A stretch of 64,000 nucleotides of DNA from a virus (lineage: Duplodnaviria > Caudoviricetes). The notes under the pieces were generated by a model, which saw only the letters and a program-made list of their open reading frames with translations, ran no database searches and was not told the DNA's origin. Below, piece after piece: positions 18,429 to 29,994 of this stretch. Each line of letters opens with the position of its first letter. Positions within the stretch are counted from its first letter, which is position 1. The DNA is taken from the IMG/VR virus record IMGVR_UViG_3300026549_000050, positions 1 to 64,000 of that record; one strand, 5' to 3'. The translations under genes and the position numbers were made by a program.

Positions 18429-20021
18429 ATGGGTGGAGGATTTTATCCACATGGAAAGCCTGGATATTATGCCTATACAAGATATTTTGTAGATAACTAC
18501 GGTGGAAGTACTGGACATCTGGCAGAAACAAATACTCAATATCCAGGATTAAGTGGACCAAAAGGAAATGCGGTAGTAGAAAAAGCTTTAGCTAATTTAA
18601 AAGTATTAATTGATAGCGCAAGAGCAGCTGAACTCGCATTTATTCGCGATACCGGAATAGATATTAATGACCCGAATAATGCAGGAGATGTTTTTAGAGC
18701 CATGAATTTAATTTTTAACTCTAAGCAGACCTTTGAACGGGGCATACGTTACATGAAAGAATTATCAGGCGGTGGATTAAAAGAAAAAGAACAAATGTAC
18801 AGAGATGTTACGCGCTATTTTGGCTCATATTTAGAGGCAGCGGTTCGCGAGGGTATGAAAAATATTAGGGCCGCACAACTAATAAAAATGACTCCAGATG
18901 AAGTGAAAATAATTATAAATAATATTATTAGCGAAGCATTACGTTTGAGCTACATAAAGGTACAAGATTTTATTAAAGAAGATGGTATTAGAGGTAAATT
19001 TGGTAAAGCAAAATCCCGCGAAGGAGAAGAGGCAATTCAAGCTATTGCGGATATGATTGATGTTATTAATAAACTAAAAGAAATGAACGCTTTTAGTGAG
19101 TTTGGACATTTATTTAATTTAGATAAAGATACTTTATACAAATGGAGAAAACAAGAAATTACTTTTAAACAAAGAAAAGGTAATAAATATAATAATGCTG
19201 AGGTTGATAGCAACTATGGTGGTAATGCTTTAGAGCTTATTACAACTTTAGCTGCCACAGAGTTGGGGAAAATTAATATACAAAATCCTAATCTTACAAT
19301 AGTAGGTCATCATACTGGGCAATCAAATCAAATGAAGGCAGATACACTATTATTTGTGGGGCGCGGCAGTGTAAATCCAGATGAATATATAGACTATGTT
19401 GATAGAGATACTTTTGGTAATCGTGTAAGGATGCAAAACGTAGATGCATTAGATAGATATTTAGAGAAATTATCAAAAAACATAGACCATGTGATTGCTA
19501 TAAGTGATAAAAACTATAGTATTAAAGCTGGCTTTGAGGGTGTAAATGCTCAAGAGAAAATGAATTTACAAAATGCAGGATTATTATTAAGTCAGTTTGG
19601 CCTTAGCCAAATACCTGAATTAATTAGATACTTAGCTAACTGTGGACCATTAATGGTACAGGGAAATGTTGATGATGCTATACGCACTGAGTTACAAACT
19701 TACATAGCATATTTCTTATTTGACCATTTGGAATTTTCATTACAGGGTTCTACTTCGAAACCAAATGTGGTTAATTTATTGAATGTTAGTGGTTTATATA
19801 TACCTCTTTCTGTGTATTTAGAAGGGTTGTATAATAGTTTAATGGAGGCGGCCGCTAACCCGTCTAGTTTTGTAAGTGTGACCATATCTTTGGGTGGTCC
19901 CACCGAACAATCTCATTGGACCGCCGCAACCTGGGGACAATTCAGAGAAGAGCATGAAACAGAATCTTTCATTAGCTATAAAATATTAAGAGGTATCGCA
20001 GATTTTATTGCTGGCTTATAA
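18429..20021 (+). CDS. Hypothetical protein (530 aa)
   Basis: Long ORF with RBS aggagga; no recognised motif. Confidence 0.8.
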   Translation: MGGGFYPHGKPGYYAYTRYFVDNYGGSTGHLAETNTQYPGLSGPKGNAVVEKALANLKVLIDSARAAELAFIRDTGIDINDPNNAGDVFRAMNLIFNSKQTFERGIRYMKELSGGGLKEKEQMYRDVTRYFGSYLEAAVREGMKNIRAAQLIKMTPDEVKIIINNIISEALRLSYIKVQDFIKEDGIRGKFGKAKSREGEEAIQAIADMIDVINKLKEMNAFSEFGHLFNLDKDTLYKWRKQEITFKQRKGNKYNNAEVDSNYGGNALELITTLAATELGKINIQNPNLTIVGHHTGQSNQMKADTLLFVGRGSVNPDEYIDYVDRDTFGNRVRMQNVDALDRYLEKLSKNIDHVIAISDKNYSIKAGFEGVNAQEKMNLQNAGLLLSQFGLSQIPELIRYLANCGPLMVQGNVDDAIRTELQTYIAYFLFDHLEFSLQGSTSKPNVVNLLNVSGLYIPLSVYLEGLYNSLMEAAANPSSFVSVTISLGGPTEQSHWTAATWGQFREEHETESFISYKILRGIADFIAGL

Positions 20022-20249
20022 AATTTGAAAAATTCTTCTTTTTCTTATATAATTATTATATAAAGGAAAAGGAGATTTTTTATTATGGAAGAAAAACTAC
20101 GCACTATTCGTGTATACCTTGAAGACCGCGATGGTTTCATCGACGGCGACTTCTACATTGAACTCAATCAAGGCATGCTTAATGAAGATGATTTTTATCA
20201 CGCCGTATTAAACTACATAATGACAAACATTCAAATTGAGGTATTATAA

Positions 20250-20796
20250 ATGAACAAAGTGGAACAATTAATTGAATCATTTCGACGATTTAAACATTAT
20301 ATGGAAACTTTTGATGGGGTATATATTTATCCTGAATATCATAAAGATTTAAAAGTGATAATTAATTTTATTGGCACAGAATATTTTGATGCTGATGAGC
20401 TTTCTAATCAAATTCCAAACTCAATGATATAGGAGGAGAAAATGAAAACAGAAAAGATATTACAAATAATCGTATGGTGCTGGCTTATGCTTACTGCTGT
20501 CGCAGTTGGTTTTGGTCGTTTTACGGGTGATATTACCTCAGGTGAATTTTTTATCGCACTGATGGTATGGGTAAACCTTGGTTTTCATATGCTTGATAGG
20601 ACGTATATAGATGACAGAGAAAACAGTTTGTAAGAAATGCGGCACTGCTGGTGTGCGTTCGTTAATACCATATAAAATAATTGAAGATAAAGATGGAGAA
20701 TCGGTGCGTTTTGTCGGTCAAATATGTGAACGATGTTTTGAGGAAATGTTTGGACGGCCGCAGACTACGAAAGACTTCGACGAAAATAAAAATTGA
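20250..20796 (+). CDS. Three small hypothetical genes (20250-20432; 20442-20633 membrane; 20611-20796 CxxC Zn-ribbon)
   Basis: RBSs and tight packing. Confidence 0.55.
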
Positions 20797-20844
20797 AAAA
20801 TTTCTGAATTTCTTATATAATAATTATATAAGAAAGGAAGAAAA

Positions 20845-21495
20845 ATGGACAGAAGAATTGAAGCCTTCGAGGCAGCACAAAGAATAATAGATGAGTGTGT
20901 AGACTATGGATTTGACTTAACCGACCCAGAGAGTATTTTAAAACTGGGACGTAGAGGTCAATATCCTTGTGGTCTTTATATGAACTGGGGAGCAACTCGC
21001 CTTGTTATATGGGATGAGTATGAGGACTATGTTCTGAAAATAGCAATACAAGATTACTATGAGAAATACAACGCTCATGAAGCCGAAATATACTGGGCCG
21101 CCGAAGGCGAAGGCAACGGTGTCAGCGAGAGCTTTGCTTGGTGCGATTGCTATATAGAGCCGACCGTTGATGCTCCTGGCATCTATGTAATGGAATATGT
21201 GAATTGCGATGAGGATAGGGTTATTGATGACTCTTATACTTATGGCTATAAAAGGTTTTGTGAAGATAACGGATATGACCCAGACGATGAAGAAAGTGCC
21301 GACGCATATAGTGATTACTATTATGAAGATAGCGATGAAATTTTAGATTACTTTATGTCTGATATGAGCGATAAAGAGCGTCAGATATTTTGGACCTTTT
21401 TCAGTGAGTGGAGAATACACGATGTTCATTGTCAAAATATCGGTTTTAGAGGAAACAAACCTATCATTTGTGATTACGCAGGATGGGGTTGGTAA
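20845..21495 (+). CDS. Protein kinase-like fold protein
   Basis: WGATRLV loop, VLKIA lysine, NAHEAEIY helix C, YVMEYV hinge, HDVHCQNIG catalytic loop, ICDY metal-binding motif. Confidence 0.75.
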   Translation: MDRRIEAFEAAQRIIDECVDYGFDLTDPESILKLGRRGQYPCGLYMNWGATRLVIWDEYEDYVLKIAIQDYYEKYNAHEAEIYWAAEGEGNGVSESFAWCDCYIEPTVDAPGIYVMEYVNCDEDRVIDDSYTYGYKRFCEDNGYDPDDEESADAYSDYYYEDSDEILDYFMSDMSDKERQIFWTFFSEWRIHDVHCQNIGFRGNKPIICDYAGWGW

Positions 21496-21585
21496 AATTT
21501 GACTTACAATTTGTAAGTCATTTTTGTAAAGTGTAATATAAATAATCCTACTTTTATTTAGGAAATAAAAATGGAGGATTATATT

Positions 21586-22242
21586 ATGGCTTGTATTTAT
21601 AAAATTATCAATCAAATTAATAATAAAGTATATATAGGACAAACTATGTCTTCTTTAAATGTGCGTTGGAATGGACATAAAGCCTCTTGGAGACAAAGTG
21701 GCAATTGTAAAGCTTTATATAGCGCATTTGATAAATACGGTATTGAAAATTTTACTATCGAACCAATTGAAGAATGTGATTTGGATACTATTAATGAAAG
21801 GGAAAAATATTGGATAGAACTTTATGATAGTTATAATAATGGCTACAATATGACTTTAGGCGGAGATGGTAATCTTAAACTTGACTATGAATTAATTTAT
21901 AATTTATGGGATAGCGGTTTAACTACCACAGAAATAGGTGAGTTGATTGGTGCTACTAAGGAAGGGGTACGAAAAGCTTTAGCTGGATATCCTAACTATT
22001 CAGTCAAAGAGGCTAAACATCGTGGCGCCAAGAAAGGCGGCATAATTAAAGGCAAACCTATTCAACAATTTACAAAAGATGGAACATTAATAGATACATT
22101 TCCCAATGCCACAGTGGCGGCAGAATCTTTAGGTATGGGCAGGCCAGAGGGCAATAATATACGCGCTTGCGCCCATGGTCGTAGACAAACTGCTTATGGA
22201 TATGTGTGGAAATTTGTTAATAAAGAAGATTTGTATAATTAG
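21586..22242 (+). CDS. GIY-YIG homing endonuclease with HTH and NUMOD1-like domain
   Basis: CIYKIINQINNKVYIGQT...RWNGH...EREKYWI...GYNMTLGG; C-terminal TAYGYVWKF. Confidence 0.9.
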   Translation: MACIYKIINQINNKVYIGQTMSSLNVRWNGHKASWRQSGNCKALYSAFDKYGIENFTIEPIEECDLDTINEREKYWIELYDSYNNGYNMTLGGDGNLKLDYELIYNLWDSGLTTTEIGELIGATKEGVRKALAGYPNYSVKEAKHRGAKKGGIIKGKPIQQFTKDGTLIDTFPNATVAAESLGMGRPEGNNIRACAHGRRQTAYGYVWKFVNKEDLYN

Positions 22243-22979
22243 ATAGTTCTTAGAAGAACTATAAAGACGAACCTCCATTTAGAGATACGTCTATCTATCA
22301 TTTCTCTTCTATTTACATAATATAACGAGAAAGGTGAGCCACTTGGCTTGCTTTTTTCTTATGCAAATTTGAAAAAATTAAAAATTCTTGATATAATTAA
22401 TTATAAGGTAAATAGAGAAGAGAAAGGAAGAATAGAAATGATTAGCGTAATTTATATAATTGACGGATATACACCTGTTTTTATGTCTTATGAGGAGGCA
22501 TTGAAATTTATTAAATGGTACAACGTAGAATTTATTGACTGCGATTATATTGACCCAAGTGAAATTAAACAGCGTTATCTCTATGAAACTGCTGATGAGG
22601 CTATGAGAAAAGGTAGATAAGAAAGGAAAGGATAATGAATATGTGTTTTAATTGCGGATGTATGTATGCCGACTGCAATGAGAAAGGTGAACCCATAACA
22701 AGTGAGTATTGTCATTACAATGGTCCAGATGGGTGCGCGCCTTGTGATGATGAGTATGAAATAGAAGAATAATAATAATAAGAAAGGAGAGCTTTATGGA
22801 GAAATATTTTAAATATAGTAATTTTTGGATTTTAGATGACCATGCTTGGTGTGGCGATAGTGATAAGTGTGATATTACAGAATGTTTCAGACACCTTTCA
22901 AATAGAATTGCGAAAGGTCCATGCACGATGTGTAATTGCAAAGACACAGAGGTTTGTCCGTATAAAGAGGAGAAATAAT

Positions 22980-23411
22980 ATGGGACTTGATAATGGAATT
23001 ATACTAAAAGTTAAAAATGAACTTGACCTCGAAGATTGGGAAGTTAAACCTGACTATGTTCATATTTCTTTTGATAAGTGGAGCACTGACCATGAAGAAG
23101 GAAAGTGGTATGTCTATGACATTTGTTATTGGCGTAAATGTTGGGGACTTCGTGGAGATATTCTTGATATTCTTGGTGGAAATGATGAAGGTGGATATTA
23201 TGAAATAGACACTCCAGCTCAACTCGAACAAATCCAAGATACAATAATAGATTATCTTAAACACCCAGATATGTGGGAATGTGCTATTTGGAGTTTAGAA
23301 GATATGGCCGAATCTCTTGCTTTTGATATTATTCGACTTAGCTGGCTTATTAATTATATGTGGAAACATAAAGGTGAGCCTTTTGAGATAGAATTTTATG
23401 ACTCATATTAG
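22980..23411 (+). CDS. Hypothetical protein
   Basis: MGLDNG...CYWRK...FYDSY; RBS gaggag. Confidence 0.7.
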   Translation: MGLDNGIILKVKNELDLEDWEVKPDYVHISFDKWSTDHEEGKWYVYDICYWRKCWGLRGDILDILGGNDEGGYYEIDTPAQLEQIQDTIIDYLKHPDMWECAIWSLEDMAESLAFDIIRLSWLINYMWKHKGEPFEIEFYDSY

Positions 23412-23805
23412 GAGTAATTTATGTATGCAATAGAAGATAAAGATGGTATTCATTTCTTTCGAGGTCAAAAAGAGTTAACTCTTAAAGAAGGTTTTGAATA
23501 TCTAAACAAAATTTATTCAAACGAACCAGCCGAAACAAAACGTATTATAGATGAGTTAAAAAAGAAATATCTATTAAAGCCTATGAAATAAAATTACGGG
23601 CGGCCGCCCACTACGGAGAGATTATGCGTACCTATGAAATGATTTTTTTAACAAAATATGTAAATGAAGTTGCTAATAAATTGGAGGCAATATCTACAGC
23701 CACTCAACCCGTAAGTCGTCAAGAAATTGTTGAGTTAGTTGAAAAAGTAAAAATTATAAAACAAACTATACTTGAGTTAGAGTGGAATTTGAAGGGAGTA
23801 GAACT

Positions 23806-24126
23806 ATGAAACTAACAAAAGAACAATTCTGTAATGCAGTAGAAACCTACGAGAGAATGTTGAATGAGGAAGATGAGTTAGCTCAGATGTTGAACGTTAA
23901 TCCCGAATGGAAGATAATGGAGTGGATTGGTAATTATTATAATCTACTCTCAGACCTTTGTGAACTTGAAGAAAGTCCATACTATGGCACTGACCTTGAT
24001 TGGTTTTGTTATGAAACTGATTTTGGTAAAAGAAAAGATTTGAATAAAGTTGTTCTTGATAACGGTATTGTTTGGACGATAGAAAGCCCAGAGATATTAT
24101 ATGATTTTATTATGAGAGAGGAGTAA
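23806..24126 (+). CDS. Hypothetical protein
   Basis: LDWFCYETDFG...ILYDFI; RBS agggag. Confidence 0.7.
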   Translation: MKLTKEQFCNAVETYERMLNEEDELAQMLNVNPEWKIMEWIGNYYNLLSDLCELEESPYYGTDLDWFCYETDFGKRKDLNKVVLDNGIVWTIESPEILYDFIMREE

Positions 24127-24203
24127 GATAACTCCTCTTTTTTTGATTTTTTCTGAAAATTTTGATATAATTATAATATAAAATAGAAAGGAGAAAATTA
24201 AAT

Positions 24204-24461
24204 ATGACTTTTAGTTATGAACTTACTTGGTGGAATGAATTTGAGGGAGAACACGGAGCATCTGAAGATGTTAAGGGTTTTATTGTGGCGAAGAATTATT
24301 TGGAGGCTACTAAAAAACTATTACATTATTATGGTGAAACAGAAACAGAACGTTTTTCTCTTGGGTATTTTGCTCCTGATGATTTTATCGAGTTTAGCGG
24401 TAATAAAACTGAGCTTGCAGACTACGTTAAAAAAGAACTCAAAGAAAATATAGTGTGGTAA
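24204..24461 (+). CDS. Hypothetical protein
   Basis: Promoter plus RBS aaggag. Confidence 0.65.
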   Translation: MTFSYELTWWNEFEGEHGASEDVKGFIVAKNYLEATKKLLHYYGETETERFSLGYFAPDDFIEFSGNKTELADYVKKELKENIVW

Positions 24462-24465
24462 TATA

Positions 24466-25224
24466 ATGAATAGATATGCAGTATCCGATTTACACGGTCA
24501 GCTTGACCTATACAATCAAATAAAGGAGTATATAAATGATGACGACGTGGTGTACGCTCTGGGCGATTTTGGCGACCGCGGTCCTCACCCTTGGACCACC
24601 CTCAAAGCCGTCTTAGACGATAGACAGTTTATTTATCTGATGGGTAATCACGATTTTATGCTTATCGAGGCGATAAGTGAATATTTGAAGTTAGAAGGTA
24701 GGGACGGATATGTAGACCTAATAGGTCATATGTATTCTTCAGTTGGAAAAGTCGCGCGCCTGTGCGCCAATGGTGGTATACAGACGCTAGACGAATGGTC
24801 GCGCGAGCCCAAACGAATGGAGTATTATTTGAAACTCAAATATCTTCCATTAGAAGTACGGCTGGGCGCTCTCAGTGGAAAACACTTTATTTATCTTAAC
24901 CATGCAGGATATGCACCAGGAGTTTTTGAAGCACAAGATGTAGATGATTTTGTGTGGGATAGACATCATTTTTACGATGTTTGGGATAATCTACATAAAC
25001 ATTTAATGATACACGGTCACACACCATGCGACTATCTAATCAAACAGCTTGAGCTTTTTGATAAGTCTTACGATATGTCTAAAGGCTACTGCCGATATAG
25101 TAATGGTTCTAAAATCTGTATAGACCGTGGAGCGCACTATACCAATACAACAGTTTTACTGAATATAGACACTCTTGACGCAGTTGAATTTAAAACTAAG
25201 GAGACACCTAATGAGGAAAATTAA
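24466..25224 (+). CDS. Calcineurin-like metallophosphoesterase (lambda-type Ser/Thr phosphatase-like)
   Basis: SDLHG, LGDFGDRG, MGNHD, HAG, HGHTP, IDRG motifs. Confidence 0.9.
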   Translation: MNRYAVSDLHGQLDLYNQIKEYINDDDVVYALGDFGDRGPHPWTTLKAVLDDRQFIYLMGNHDFMLIEAISEYLKLEGRDGYVDLIGHMYSSVGKVARLCANGGIQTLDEWSREPKRMEYYLKLKYLPLEVRLGALSGKHFIYLNHAGYAPGVFEAQDVDDFVWDRHHFYDVWDNLHKHLMIHGHTPCDYLIKQLELFDKSYDMSKGYCRYSNGSKICIDRGAHYTNTTVLLNIDTLDAVEFKTKETPNEEN

Positions 25225-25955
25225 ACCCGATTATTTAGAAAACTACTACAAAGTCCAACTTATCCAACCAGTTAAAACTGGCGATATAATTGAGACTTAC
25301 GAAAATATAAATGGTGCGTGGATATTGATATATACAACAACAACTATTTATAGCATCTGTCCGTATGACGGACAGTTCAGAGATTGCAAGGTCTGTGGTA
25401 TTCACGAACCAGACTTTGACGAAGAGTTCTGTTTAGACAAACAGCAAATTCTTAGCTCGGGCGCCCTCTGCGGAAGAATTAATCAATGCCTCGAAGCAGG
25501 TTTAGAAGTTAAATTCTTTGAGGAGGGGCATTGATATGACAGATAATAGAGATTGTTATTGGGTGGATGAGTATATAGACTATAATACAGAACCGCCTAC
25601 GGTAAAGTATTTCTGTGATTTTCCAGAGGAACCACAATTTTGTGAGTTCAAACCTTGTCTGAAATATGTGGCTATAGATAAGGTTGATGAATATATTAAA
25701 AAGCTACTGGAAGAAAATAAAATGCTTGATGAAGCACTTACAAGATACGAGGAAGGTTTAATGTAAATGGGATTGTACTATAATGTCGGAGATATTATGG
25801 AAAGGTTCTATCTCGAAGATGTGATGGAAGAGATGAGGTTAGGAGATTTCCTAAAGATATTACAGGAGCTTCCAGTTTATGAGATAGAGGCATATTATAT
25901 AGATGATGATGACGATGGCGGCACTGAAGCCGTAGTAGAAAGCGAGGAATTATAA
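25211..25955 (+). CDS. Three small hypothetical genes (25211-25534; 25536-25766; 25767-25955)
   Basis: Contiguous operon packing. Confidence 0.55.
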
Positions 25956-26186
25956 ATGAGAAACGATGAGATTACTTTTGAAATTGTAGAACACTTGGGA
26001 GTATTGAGTGATACGGGAGATTGGGCTAAAGAGGTTAACTTGGTAGCTTGGAACGGTCAGCTGCCGAAGATAGACATCAGGTCGTGGAACGCAGACCATG
26101 AACGTATGACGAGAGGGGTTACACTAACTGAGGAAGAAGCGATTACACTTGCAGAAGCGTTGGTGCATTATTACGGGAATAATTGA
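25956..26186 (+). CDS. YdbC/PC4-family ssDNA-binding protein
   Basis: FEIVEHLGVLS..GDWAKEVNLVAWNG..PKIDIRSW..DHERMTRGVTLTEEE. Confidence 0.85.
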   Translation: MRNDEITFEIVEHLGVLSDTGDWAKEVNLVAWNGQLPKIDIRSWNADHERMTRGVTLTEEEAITLAEALVHYYGNN

Positions 26187-26187
26187 T

Positions 26188-27992
26188 ATGAAGATAGAGA
26201 TTAAAAAACAAGATAATTATGTAAAAGGAGCAGTTTTAACATTAAATCCAGCGGAGCTATTGCTGATTAATGCTGCTTTGGCGCGGACTGAGATTGGAAA
26301 CTTTCATAGGAAAGATGTTGAAGCGGCACATGAGATGAGTAGGCAGATTAGAAAAGCGATAGAGGTAGATAATGGATAGATTTATTAAAATAACGGATAT
26401 AAAAGATGCTTTTATTGAATCAATTGATGACGGTGTGTGGCTGGAGAAAGAGACTACTAAAAATATAATTGTTGCATTAGCAAAGCTACCACAGGTTTCA
26501 TTTGAAGCATCTACAACTACAACTTTTGTCAAATATGAGGACTTGCTTGAAAGTTCGTGGCCTTGGTGTGCAGGATATGGACACTGTGATAACTGTCCCT
26601 ATGGTGAGGACGACCATATATGTGGTATCTATGAGTGGATAAAGGAGTTGCCGAAGTATCAAATGGGTATGGAGAAGATAAAATGAAAACATATATAAGA
26701 ACTGAAGACGGCCGTATACAGGGTTGTAATTTAACATTAAACGTAGGTGAAACTTTAGTCTTACTTTCTGCGCTGAAAAATTTCGCAGAAACCTCCGAGT
26801 ATCATCAAGTTGATAAAGATACCGCGCGAGAGATGGTTAAGGATTTGTATGTGATGTATGGGATAGAGGAATAGAGGTAGAGGAATGAACAAGTACGTAA
26901 AGATAGATGACATTGAAAAGCTTATAACCGCTTGTGAATGGAGATTGACACTTGCGAAAGAGCGTAATGGAGAGGGTTTCGTTGATTATAGCAAACAAGT
27001 CCTTGATGTTGATGAATTAACTAAAAGGCTTTCCAACCTACCAACAATCGAAGTCAGCGAGGAGAATGAATTTAAATTCTATTATGTTGAAAGCATTGAT
27101 GATTATTGGATAGGGAAAAGATTAGACAACTTTTATTATGCAGAGTGGAGAGGAGATTATTTTATATGGACGCACTCACGCTATCTTCCTTGGGGAGAGC
27201 ATGTTGTCAATGATAACACTTTGTGGAAAGAACACACATATCCGTCAGAGCCGAGAGAAATACCGTTCACAGAATGGATAGTCGGATTTATGAAAAAATA
27301 TGGTTCTGAAGTCAGCGAGGATTGTATAAGCAGAGAGTGGATTTTAGAAGAGTTTTCAAAGGGTAGGGAAAATATTAGCAAATCAGAATATTTCGATGAA
27401 CTTGTGTGGCTTGTTATACACGCACCGAGTGTAGTGCTAGCATATCAGCCAATTACCATTAAGACTGACGAAAAAGATTCTAAATCTTTGAAAGAACAAT
27501 TAAAGGATATAAAAACACCAGGAATACTTATGACAGAGGAAGAGTATGGACTGTTCGGATGTCGAGTCAGAACTGTCGAACACGCACCGAGCATAGTGCC
27601 AAAAGAAAGGATAGAGGAATGAGTAAAAGTATGTATGAGTTAATAAACCAACAAGCAATAACAAAAGTTATTAAGTCTTGCCAATTATGCGGTTCAAAAT
27701 TTACTGTTGGATTGGAAAACAAGGAAGTTATTTGTTCAAAATGCAGAGAGATATGGAAAGAGATTATCGAGAGCAAAGAAAGGATAGAGAAATGCCAGCA
27801 ATAAAAATCTACGATATAGAACAACGACAATTCGTATCTGTTCTTAAAGACTGCCATTTATGTGATTCAAGTTTTGCTGTTCCTATAGAAAGCGACGAAA
27901 CAATTTGTCCTAAGTGCAAGGAACTATGGAAAAGGTTTGTTGCAGATAGAGAAATAAGCTTAAACATAAAAATAAACAAAGATATAGATTAG
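26188..27992 (+). CDS. Cluster of small paralogous genes (26188-26379, 26372-26686, 26683-26874, 26885-27622, 27619-27804, 27792-27992)
   Basis: Overlapping start/stop junctions; the last two share a CxxC-13-CxxC motif. Confidence 0.6.
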
Positions 27993-28196
27993 TCTATATC
28001 TTTTTTTATTGGGATAAATTGACCGTTTTGTTTTTTATCTACAGCGGCCGAGCGATAAATTTTCCAAAAACGCTATGTTTATGGTGGTAATTTACGGACG
28101 GCCGCCAAGTACGTACAAACAAATAAGATTTTAATTTTGCAATTTTCTAAAAATTTTTATATAATAATAATATAATAAAGAAAGGAAAGAAAAATT

Positions 28197-28466
28197 ATGA
28201 TAGTAAGTGCGGCGGTAAAATTGATATTAGATGATTATGTAGGAACAGAAGTATGTATACCCGTTCACAGGCACAAAGATGGAGTAATCATTGGTGAAAA
28301 GCTCTTGGGATATAAACCTTTTTCTTCTGCGGAAGGTTTCTTAACCGATGAGGGGGTTTTTCTTGACCGTCGTAGCGCGGCAGTCCACGCTTATGAGTGT
28401 GGGCAATTGGTAGAGGATGCCGAGTTAGATTATATTGAAGTTCTTTTCAGCGAAGACCTTTGGTAA
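28197..28466 (+). CDS. Conserved phage hypothetical protein
   Basis: SAAVK...HRH...EGFLTDEGVFLDR..A...GQL...LFSEDLW signature; own promoter and RBS. Confidence 0.75.
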   Translation: MIVSAAVKLILDDYVGTEVCIPVHRHKDGVIIGEKLLGYKPFSSAEGFLTDEGVFLDRRSAAVHAYECGQLVEDAELDYIEVLFSEDLW

Positions 28467-28479
28467 TATTTATAGGATA

Positions 28480-29600
28480 AAATTGGGAGCTATATATGGC
28501 TCTCTTTTTTATTGTCTAATAATTTTGCAGAAAATTATGGGACGGCCGCAGTCTAAGTACAACACCAACGAAAAACAATACGGGAAAATTGTAGGAAGTT
28601 GTATAATTTCTCTTTTTTATTGTCTAATAATTTTCTGAAAAAATCGCAGAAATTTTCGGACGGCCGCACTCTACGTAAAAACATTTTCCAAGAATTTTTT
28701 CTACAAATTATTTTCTGAAAATTCGAGGTCTCAAAAAAATTGTAGAAATAAAACTAAAAATCTACTTAAAATCATAAAAGAAAAACTTATACATATACTT
28801 ATACGTATACTTATACGTATTACTTATACGTAAATACACTCCAAATCCAAAAAGGTTGATGCGAGGGTGGGGCTCTTTCCCAGGCGCGAAGTCGCCGCAG
28901 TGAAAGAGTCCACCCGGAACCTCAAAGGCACTGCGAGTCGTATACATATATAGGGGCGGTAAGTGTGCGGAACAACGTACCTCGGTCTATTGTACGGAGG
29001 TCCACAACGGCGCTTATACGTAGGTCGTATAAGTATATATATACATATATAAAGCCCAACTCCAAAGACACTGCGAGTCGTACCTCGGTCGATTATACGG
29101 AGGACAGATAGGTAGAACTTAAATGGCACCGCGAGTCGTATAAGTAAAATGTATATGTATATAGGGCCATAAAGTAAAAGAGCTAAAAGATAAAAAGAAA
29201 AGGATAAGGTAAAAGGAATAGGGCAGAAGAATAGGGCAAGGGTAAAGGGAGCAAAAGGTAGGTGCGGAAAACGTATAGGTAAAACGTATACGTAAAGAAA
29301 GGGCTGGTGTAAGGCCAACGTATTCGTCCAACGTATACAAAAGGGGTGCCTCGCAGGGCCGACGTAAGACGTCCAGGTAAGGTTCGTAGGTGCACCGACA
29401 AGGGCTCAGCTGGTTCGCAGTATTCGAGAAAGAGGTAAGCGACGAGGGATAAAGGAAATAAGTGGCGAAAGGCAAAAACAAGTGGCTGGCCCAAACACCA
29501 CCAAAAGTCAAATTTTTACTTCTAAAAACCGTAATTTTCTGTTCAAAATTTTCAATTTACTCTCAAAATTTGTAATTTTTTGTCAAATTTCCATAAATAA
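28480..29600. repeat. Repeat-rich non-coding convergence region (candidate origin or genome terminus)
   Basis: 4x ACTTATAC(G/A)TA tandem at 28785-28832; CAC(T/C)GCGAGTCGTA at about 28929, 29069 and 29127; ~30-bp direct repeat at 28501/28610; purine-skewed tract 29160-29300. Confidence 0.6.
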
Positions 29601-29655
29601 ATCCACCAAATAAAAAACAGGGTTCAAAACCCCGTTTTTTATTGGCATTTCAGCT

Positions 29656-29994
29656 CTACGCGAGTGTGTAGCCCTTCTGAACTCCCTTGCCAGTGACTTT
29701 GATGTCAGTCTTAGCAACTGTTCCAGCCTCAACGAGCTGGCGCAGAAGTGCAGACGCTTTCTGAGTCGAGATGGAAACTTCCTCGCCGATAACAGTGGCT
29801 GTCTTAGGCTCGTCAGTAAGTACAGCTACGATTGCCTCTTTGATTGGCTCGTTCTCCAGAGCTTTCTTGGAAACGCGGTTCTTTCTCTTCTCGTTCTCCG
29901 CATCCATTTTCTCGATGAGCTCGTTAGCTTTCTCGATAACTTCGTCGTTGATTGTTCCGTTTGCTACTGATACATAGAAATCTCTCTTTGTCAT
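29656..29994 (-). CDS. Winged-helix protein, paralogue 1
   Basis: TATVIGEEVSISTQKASALLRQLV...KGVQKGYTL. Confidence 0.75.
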   Translation of the reverse strand: MTKRDFYVSVANGTINDEVIEKANELIEKMDAENEKRKNRVSKKALENEPIKEAIVAVLTDEPKTATVIGEEVSISTQKASALLRQLVEAGTVAKTDIKVTGKGVQKGYTLA

